IMG/VR virus record: IMGVR_UViG_3300032282_002272
Location: 1-53,387 of that record
Origin: a virus
Lineage: Duplodnaviria; Caudoviricetes
Reading direction: 5' to 3' (one strand)
Length of the DNA: 53,387 bases
Below are positions 46,573-53,387 of the stretch, piece after piece (the stretch's first letter is position 1; each line of letters begins with the position of its first letter). A model generated the notes under the pieces. It was not told where the DNA came from. It saw nothing but the letters and a program-made list of their open reading frames with translations, and made no database searches. The position numbers were made by a program, and so were the translations under genes.

Positions 46573-47787
46573 TTATTTGTTATTTATATGATAAAAAGAT
46601 TTATCTATAATATCTTTCCATTTACCGATCCTATCAGTTCTCCAAACAGTTACATCATCATACCAGTTACATTTAGTTCCATTTGATGTGGCGTTCCAAA
46701 CAAAATAATCATCTGGTCTTGTATATACAAATGTTTTATTGCCTATTGCCCCCGATCCATGAGCCACACTTGAACAAGATGTAAATAACATTTCGCTTAA
46801 ATATAAAATAGCTAATGTATCATTCCATGTTTTCATTTCATGTCTAAAATCAATTACATTAGGTGGATTATAATCAGTTTCCATACAAATATTTATAATA
46901 TTTTTATTATATAATTTTGTTAATAAATAATCAATAGGAATATCTCTAAAATAATTTTGAGAATAATTTTTACTTCCTGTCCAATTAATACAATAAAAAG
47001 GCATAATATTTTTTAATTTATTTTTCCATTTATCAATATATTTTTCATTTGGTTTAATATAAGAAATAGGAAATATTTTTATTATATTTAATAATATTGG
47101 TAAATCCATCGTAGGAATCCAATAATCATATTTTTCATTTTTATTAAATGGAATCAATCCAGGAAAATTTTCAATGAATACGTCCAGTAATGTATTATCG
47201 GTTAAATAATGAACTTCTTTACATTTTGTTAAAATTTCGGGTATCCATCTAGAAAATATTAATTCATCACCAAGACCACATTCTCCTACCAAACATATTT
47301 TTTTATTTGTTATATCTTCATTTACCCATCTTGGACAATCTGGCAACATATTCCATTTAGTATTTCCAATCCATAATATATTTCCTATAATTTTTCCTTT
47401 TTGTAGGAATCTGAAACCATGGGAATAATTTTTTAATCTAAACATATGTAAAGATAAATCATGATATTTTTCAAATGATTCATTTTGCATGTTTAATATT
47501 ATATTTAATGATTCGTCAAATAATCCTGCTTGTAAATAATAATCTGATAATTGTCGTATATCTTCAGTAGTTTTACTTTTAGATAAACGCATATATTCTT
47601 TATATTCATTTAATGCATTTAATGGGCGAAATAATCTACTATAACAAGAAGCATTATTTTTATGAATATTTGGACTTACATCATATAATAATGCTTGTGT
47701 TATTTTATTTTGTTTTAATGCTTTTATAAAATTATTTTCATTAAAATATTTAACCGCTAATGCATCGCTATCATTAGCAGAAATCAT
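46573..47787 (-). CDS. Helical-repeat + GT-B (GT9-like) glycosyltransferase-like protein
   Basis: GECGLGDELIFSRW, DYWIPTMDLP, WTGS, DTLA...TSCSSVAHGSGAIG, WY. Confidence 0.7.
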   Translation of the reverse strand: MISANDSDALAVKYFNENNFIKALKQNKITQALLYDVSPNIHKNNASCYSRLFRPLNALNEYKEYMRLSKSKTTEDIRQLSDYYLQAGLFDESLNIILNMQNESFEKYHDLSLHMFRLKNYSHGFRFLQKGKIIGNILWIGNTKWNMLPDCPRWVNEDITNKKICLVGECGLGDELIFSRWIPEILTKCKEVHYLTDNTLLDVFIENFPGLIPFNKNEKYDYWIPTMDLPILLNIIKIFPISYIKPNEKYIDKWKNKLKNIMPFYCINWTGSKNYSQNYFRDIPIDYLLTKLYNKNIINICMETDYNPPNVIDFRHEMKTWNDTLAILYLSEMLFTSCSSVAHGSGAIGNKTFVYTRPDDYFVWNATSNGTKCNWYDDVTVWRTDRIGKWKDIIDKSFYHINNK

Positions 47788-49460
47788 TTAATATTTGCTC
47801 TACCCGGTTTAAATATATGAATTAAAAGTATAACAGATTGAGCAACATTACATTGAGTATTGAGAACAAAATAAAGTTGATCTTCAGTCATTTCTTTATT
47901 GCGAACTTTTTCTTCCCATAAAGGAACCCATTCATGTTTCATATCAACAATTTCAATATCAATATCATGAATTAATGCCAATGGTGTTTCTGCACGTTTT
48001 TCTTTTTTAAATTCTAATGCTCTTTTTTGATCAAATAATCTAAAAGTTGTATGCGTTAAACGTCTTACATGCGTAGGATCATCATATGCAATATCACATC
48101 TATGATGAGGAAATTGAATTTCCCAAACAGCATTATCAGTTGAAACTCTATACATTTCTTTTAATACATTAATAAAATCAGTTGGGGTATTTCCTACATG
48201 CTCTAAAATATCTTTTGCCACAATATGATCCACTGAGTTATCTTCAAATGGCCATGGAAAATTCATTAAATCATGTAATATATCAGGTTCAGTAGATTCT
48301 TCATTATCAATGTTAATAAAATTATCTATTTTTGACCCGCCACACCCAAGATTTAATTTTAATTTTTTATCTATGGTTACTTCAGGAAATTCTATTGATT
48401 GTAAATTAAATTGTTTTTCTAAATCTTTATATAATAAATTAAATGTATCCTGCCATTCTTTTGGTTTTTTCTGTCTATACAATTTTACTGAAGAATAATA
48501 TGGGGAGGTATTTGATTCTGGTGCATTCCATGCCCAAGTATGATAGGGTAAAATTGGAACAATAACCCAAGTTGGTTTACCCATTGCTGCTGCGGCATGA
48601 GCAATAGATGTGCAACTTGTAATTACTAAATCCATCTTATCAAGAGCCGCTAATGTATCTTCCCACGAAATAAGAAAATGTTGAAGGTCAATGATATTTT
48701 CTGGTAATTCAACTATATTGTTGTCTCTCTGAAAAGAATATAGTTGAATTTCAAAATAATTGTTTAAATTAGTAAGAAATTTTGGTGGAAAAATACGGAA
48801 TTGTTGATGTTCAAATTTTGGATTACCAGCCCATCTAATTCCGATATTAATTTTTTCTTTTTTAATTAAATTATTCCATACCTCTGAACTTACAGAATTT
48901 ACTGTTAAATAATTTCCTTTATTTATCGTATCAAAAGTATTTCCTAATACCCACCCAGCGGAAAATGCGGGCAACCAATAATCATGGGCAATAGTATGGG
49001 CTTTGTCTCTTGTTAATACGCCATCAACACCGGGTATTCTTTCAAATACAGACATTAATTCTAATGAGCAAGCAACAAATACTTTACTAAACCCTTTTTC
49101 TTTAAATTGATTAGCATATCTTACATGAATAATTTCATCGCCTAAACCCCCCTCAAGAGATAAAATTATTGTTTTGCCTTCTGCTGAATGAATTTCTGGA
49201 TTCCATAATGGTGCAGCAGTATTTAAATAACCGTTTCCATAAACACTAATAAATCTACCATTTTCTAGAAGTTGACAGCCTTCTTGATATTCACCATTTT
49301 TTAATTTGAACCATCCCCGATTAAATGAATGTCTAATCCATAATTCATTATTATCTTTGGTATTATCTGGTCCTAAATTTTGTAATTCTTCGCAAATTTT
49401 AAACGCTTCATCAAATTTGCCATTTAACATTAATGAAAGTTCTTCATCAATAGGGTGCAT
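47784..49460 (-). CDS. GT9-like glycosyltransferase fused to class I SAM methyltransferase
   Basis: EGGLGD, GIRWAGNP, DLVITSCTSIAHAAAAMGKPTW; C-terminal LNLGCG, FPWPFEDNS, EH, DPTH. Confidence 0.8.
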   Translation of the reverse strand: MHPIDEELSLMLNGKFDEAFKICEELQNLGPDNTKDNNELWIRHSFNRGWFKLKNGEYQEGCQLLENGRFISVYGNGYLNTAAPLWNPEIHSAEGKTIILSLEGGLGDEIIHVRYANQFKEKGFSKVFVACSLELMSVFERIPGVDGVLTRDKAHTIAHDYWLPAFSAGWVLGNTFDTINKGNYLTVNSVSSEVWNNLIKKEKINIGIRWAGNPKFEHQQFRIFPPKFLTNLNNYFEIQLYSFQRDNNIVELPENIIDLQHFLISWEDTLAALDKMDLVITSCTSIAHAAAAMGKPTWVIVPILPYHTWAWNAPESNTSPYYSSVKLYRQKKPKEWQDTFNLLYKDLEKQFNLQSIEFPEVTIDKKLKLNLGCGGSKIDNFINIDNEESTEPDILHDLMNFPWPFEDNSVDHIVAKDILEHVGNTPTDFINVLKEMYRVSTDNAVWEIQFPHHRCDIAYDDPTHVRRLTHTTFRLFDQKRALEFKKEKRAETPLALIHDIDIEIVDMKHEWVPLWEEKVRNKEMTEDQLYFVLNTQCNVAQSVILLIHIFKPGRANIK

Positions 49461-49500
49461 TATGTATTCTCCATATTATATTGTATTTCAGCTATATTTA

Positions 49501-51744
49501 TTATATCGGTATGGCCAAACTAAATGCCGAACCAGCAGAAACAATTGACCAAGAAGCTGCGGAAGGTCCAGATACTAGAACAGGTGATGATTTTGATACT
49601 AAGGTATTGTCACCTAATTGTCCCGTAGTGCCTAAACCCCACGCATATAAGAGATTTGTTGATGTTATAGCCAGACTAAATGATAAACCAACAGATACAG
49701 ATGCCCAAGAAGTTGTTGCAGGACCAGATACTAGAACAGGTGATGATTTTGATACTAAGGTATTGTCACCTAATTGTCCGTAAGTATTACTACCCCACGC
49801 ATATAATATTCCTAAAGATGTAATAGCTAATGAATGAGTAATACCAGAAGCTATAGTTGACCACGAAGTTGTTGCAGGGCCGGATACTAATACGGGCGAT
49901 GATTTATTTGTAAGAGTATTATCGCCCAACTGTCCTACAGAATTACCACCCCAAGCGTATAGTATTCCTAAAGATGTTATAGCCAAACTAAATGATGAAC
50001 CAGCCGATACAGATGCCCAAGAAGTAGAAACCGGACCAGATACTAGAACTGGTGTTGATCTTGATGAAATGGCATTATGCCCTAATTCTCCTGAAACACC
50101 CAATCCCCAGGAATATAATCTTCCTAAAGATGTAATAGCTAATGAATGTGAAACGCCAGCAGATACAGATGCCCAAGAAGTTGTTGCAGGACCAGATACT
50201 AGAACAGGTGATCCTTTTGATACTTGGCTATTATCCCCCAATTGTCCGATATCATTAACACCCCAGGCCCAAAGTCTACCCGATATATCTATAGCTAAAG
50301 TATGATTTGATTTTGTATTAACTATGGACCAAGAAGAATTACCAACTTGTATAGGTGATGTTACATCAGAATATTGATCTAAATAATTAATGCCCCACAA
50401 ATATAATTTTGAACTAGTATTTAAAGCACCACATAAACAATAACCGAATGGTGCATCTTTGGATAAAGATATAATTGACCAAGATGTTGTTGTAGGACCA
50501 GATACTAATACAGGCGATGATTTATCAGTTGTTGAAGCAATACCTAATTTACCATACCTATTACTACCCCACGCATATAATAACCCTAAAGAACTTATGG
50601 CCATACTCATTGGATAGCTGCCGCCGCCAGCAGATACAGATGTCCAAGATGTTGTTGCAGGACCAGATACTAATACGGGAGATGATTTAAATGTAGTAGT
50701 ATTATCTCCCAATTGTCCAATACCATTTGCCCCCCATGCATATAATATTCCTAAAGTTGTAATAGCTAATGAATGAGTACTACCAGCAGCTATAGCTGAC
50801 CATGAAGTAGAAGCTGGACCTGATACTAATACAGGGGATGATTTATTTGTAAGAGTATTATCGCCCAACTGCCCTGAACTATTAAATCCCCATGCATATA
50901 ATTGGCCTGTTGATGTAATAGCCAAACTAAATGATAAACCAGCAGATACAGATGCCCAAGAAGTTGTTGCAGGACCAGATACTAGAACAGGTGATGATTT
51001 TGATATAATACTACTGTCACCTAATTGTCCCGAACCACCCAATCCCCAGGCATATAATATTCCTAAAGATGTAATAGCTAATGAATGATTACTACCAGTA
51101 GATATAGCTGACCATGAAGTAGAAGCCGGTCCAGATACTAATATAGGCGATGATTTTGATATAATACTACTGTCACCCAATTGTCCTGAAGTGCCTAAAC
51201 CCCATGCATATAATTGACCCGTAGATGTAATAGCTAATGAAAATTGACGACCGGCAGCTATAGCTGACCATGAAGTAGAAGCCGGTCCAGATACAAGAAT
51301 AGGTGAATATTTTAAAATAGTTGTATTATCACCTAATTCACCTGAACCATTATCTCCCCAGGCCCATAATGTACCATCCGTTTTAATTGCTAATGTATGT
51401 GTATAACCATGGGATATTTTTGACCAAGAAATAGAAGTTGTTACTGCTACTGGAGATGATGTTTCTGAAAACACTGATCCAAGACCAAGCTGCCCATAAA
51501 AATTATAACCCCAAGCCCACAATGTATTATCAGATTTAATAGCTAAAGTATGATTTACACCGGCTGTTACTGCTACCCAAGAAGTGCCAGATGGTGCAGA
51601 AGTTAATATAGGTGAACTCTTGGAACTAAGTGTCTGATCACCAAGTTGTCCGTAACTATTATCACCCCATGCGTATAAGGCTTTTGATATAACAGGCACC
51701 GATTTTTTAGAACCACTAGCTATTAATAATTTTTCAAGTAACAT
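49501..51744 (-). CDS. RCC1/BLIP-II repeat protein (14 repeats), putative tail adhesin
   Basis: About 52-aa repeats LYAWGxxxxGQLGD...SSPVLVSGP..TSW..VSAG..HSLAI. Confidence 0.9.
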   Translation of the reverse strand: MLLEKLLIASGSKKSVPVISKALYAWGDNSYGQLGDQTLSSKSSPILTSAPSGTSWVAVTAGVNHTLAIKSDNTLWAWGYNFYGQLGLGSVFSETSSPVAVTTSISWSKISHGYTHTLAIKTDGTLWAWGDNGSGELGDNTTILKYSPILVSGPASTSWSAIAAGRQFSLAITSTGQLYAWGLGTSGQLGDSSIISKSSPILVSGPASTSWSAISTGSNHSLAITSLGILYAWGLGGSGQLGDSSIISKSSPVLVSGPATTSWASVSAGLSFSLAITSTGQLYAWGFNSSGQLGDNTLTNKSSPVLVSGPASTSWSAIAAGSTHSLAITTLGILYAWGANGIGQLGDNTTTFKSSPVLVSGPATTSWTSVSAGGGSYPMSMAISSLGLLYAWGSNRYGKLGIASTTDKSSPVLVSGPTTTSWSIISLSKDAPFGYCLCGALNTSSKLYLWGINYLDQYSDVTSPIQVGNSSWSIVNTKSNHTLAIDISGRLWAWGVNDIGQLGDNSQVSKGSPVLVSGPATTSWASVSAGVSHSLAITSLGRLYSWGLGVSGELGHNAISSRSTPVLVSGPVSTSWASVSAGSSFSLAITSLGILYAWGGNSVGQLGDNTLTNKSSPVLVSGPATTSWSTIASGITHSLAITSLGILYAWGSNTYGQLGDNTLVSKSSPVLVSGPATTSWASVSVGLSFSLAITSTNLLYAWGLGTTGQLGDNTLVSKSSPVLVSGPSAASWSIVSAGSAFSLAIPI

Positions 51745-51757
51745 ACTTTATAATCAC

Positions 51758-52261
51758 TTATGGTTTATTTGGAAAAATTATGTTTTGAATTTTGAAAGTC
51801 ATATCATAATTTTGATCATATATTTCAGGTAAATTTCTCAATTGTTGTCTATATTCTAACCAAGCATTTTTCCATTCTTCTGATTTTATATTTTGTATAT
51901 CTGGGAGTTGTGTCCAATCACTTTCATTTAATAGATCATTTCTCCTACTTCTTAATTCATTCATGAAATATTGTTTGTGTTCTTGAAATAATGTATCATC
52001 ATCTTTTGGATTTTTATTCTTTATTTCAGTATTTTCAATAACAACATTTCTTTTTTGATTTAATTTATAATAAGTATCGCCATATTCTTGATTGTCGAGA
52101 AGCGGTTTTGTTGTATTTTCTACTGGATACCAACCAAGATCACGTAAAGTTTTTAGATCACTTTCTAAAGCAAAAAAATTAGAAATATTTCTCCAGTTTT
52201 GAGGAATATCGTGATAAAGTTCAACGACTTCATTGTTTTCTAAATATGCCCAATTAGCCAT
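51758..52261 (-). CDS. Tail fibre assembly chaperone-like protein
   Basis: RRNDLLNESDWTQLPD...W..YRQQLRNLP. Confidence 0.85.
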   Translation of the reverse strand: MANWAYLENNEVVELYHDIPQNWRNISNFFALESDLKTLRDLGWYPVENTTKPLLDNQEYGDTYYKLNQKRNVVIENTEIKNKNPKDDDTLFQEHKQYFMNELRSRRNDLLNESDWTQLPDIQNIKSEEWKNAWLEYRQQLRNLPEIYDQNYDMTFKIQNIIFPNKP

Positions 52262-53387
52262 TAGATATTTTGTCCTGATATAAATGCGTTATAAGATGTA
52301 CCGTTATCAATAGTGAAAAATGTTAGAATATCTTTCTTACCATTTGTAGAAGTTATTGATGGCGCTGAATTATTTACCCATTTTACTGAAGCTGGCCAAG
52401 CAATAGTTCGTGCTGTACCATCAGCAGTTAGTATTAATATAAAACCAGTGGCTTTATTAGAAGTAGCTGGAGCATTACTTATAGTTAATGTTGTTATTGA
52501 AGAATTTAAATTAACATTAAAAATTGTAGAATTAGATAAATCTAATGTAAGAGCACTTGTTGCAATTGTTGGCGCGCTTACAGTCTCTACTATTGTTTTA
52601 AAATCGGACCAATTATTAAATACTGTATTACCACTAATTGTTAATCTATCGCTTACTGTAGTATTTCCACTAACAATTAATGTATTAGAAATAGATGTAT
52701 TACCAGATGTTGTAAACAATCCAGAAACGGTGGTATTTCCATTAACAATTAATGTATTAGCAATAGATGTATTACCGTTAACTGTTAATCTATTGCTTAA
52801 TGTGGTATTACCTGTTAATGTAGTTAAACCAGAAACAGTAGTATTACCGCTAACAATTAATGTATTAGCAATAGATGTATTACCATTAACTGTTAATTGT
52901 TCGTTTACGGTAGTATTTCCAACAACATTAGCGGTACCATTTACAGTTAATTTAGCATTAGTTGCTGTTGTTCCAATACCAATATTTCCACCTACAGATA
53001 AAGTAAATCTTTCTGATGTTCCAGATTCCAAAATTCTTAATTGTCCGCCATTAACGGCTTGTAGTCTCCAATTATTAGTAGCCGAGATAAAATCAATAAT
53101 AGGACTAGTTGCATTTATCGCTACTTGTTGTCCTAATATGGTAGTATTACCATTAACAATTAATGTATTAGCAATAGATGTATTACCACTTACAGTTAAT
53201 AAATTAGATAATGTGGTATTACCAGATGCCGTAAATAATCCACTTACTGTTGTATTTCCATTAACAATTAATGTATTTGCAATAGATGTATTACCTGCTG
53301 CATATAATAATCCACTTACTGTTGTATTTCCATTAACAATTAATGTATTAGCAATAGATGTATTACCATTAACTGTTAATCTATCAT
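52261..53387 (-). CDS. Tail fibre protein, 5' truncated by window edge
   Basis: Frame open to window end; 12-aa repeats LxVxGNTT/SxxNx; C-terminal WPASVKW...DILTFFTIDNG domain. Confidence 0.88.
   Translation of the reverse strand, partial: DRLTVNGNTSIANTLIVNGNTTVSGLLYAAGNTSIANTLIVNGNTTVSGLFTASGNTTLSNLLTVSGNTSIANTLIVNGNTTILGQQVAINATSPIIDFISATNNWRLQAVNGGQLRILESGTSERFTLSVGGNIGIGTTATNAKLTVNGTANVVGNTTVNEQLTVNGNTSIANTLIVSGNTTVSGLTTLTGNTTLSNRLTVNGNTSIANTLIVNGNTTVSGLFTTSGNTSISNTLIVSGNTTVSDRLTISGNTVFNNWSDFKTIVETVSAPTIATSALTLDLSNSTIFNVNLNSSITTLTISNAPATSNKATGFILILTADGTARTIAWPASVKWVNNSAPSITSTNGKKDILTFFTIDNGTSYNAFISGQNI

Noticed and set aside
49481-50305. Plus-strand repetitive ORFs
   Set aside because: Shadows of the RCC1 repeats
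49501-53387. Diversity-generating retroelement
   Set aside because: No reverse transcriptase or non-coding template repeat in the window; differences do not look adenine-specific
5995-53387. Stop-codon reassignment
   Set aside because: Core genes are full length in code 11, and TAG, TGA and TAA all end genes

Overview
AT-rich fragment of a large T4-like myophage genome, probably infecting an alphaproteobacterium (inferred from a GAAC-N7-GAAC SOS box, a DUF1127 gene and a ROSE-like thermometer). Bases 1-5.7 kb (minus) and 5.9-23.9 kb (plus) form an early/accessory region transcribed divergently from a hub at about 5.75-5.97 kb. It is built from small genes, many with their own sigma70-type promoter, and includes three tRNAs plus a tRNA half, Dps, Hsp20, a GatB/Yqey-domain protein, RNA ligase, Dam methylase and an intein-containing P-loop kinase. 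Bases 23.9-53.4 kb (minus) carry the T4 core: gp46/47, gp55, UvsW, UvsY, gp3, gp23-22-21-20-19-18-17-16-15-14-13. Upstream of the neck genes lies a putative head-packaged ADP-ribosyltransferase and a tail fibre / chaperone / 14-repeat RCC1 protein / two glycosyltransferase-like gene cassette. Best candidates for new biology: (1) a possible virion-adhesin glycosylation cassette; (2) a host LexA box at the early-gene hub; (3) a translation-manipulation kit (long-arm tRNA-UAU, ArfA-like and tiny basic peptides missing from the ORF track); (4) a ROSE-hsp20-DUF1127 stress unit. All calls are from motif reading by eye; no searches were run.
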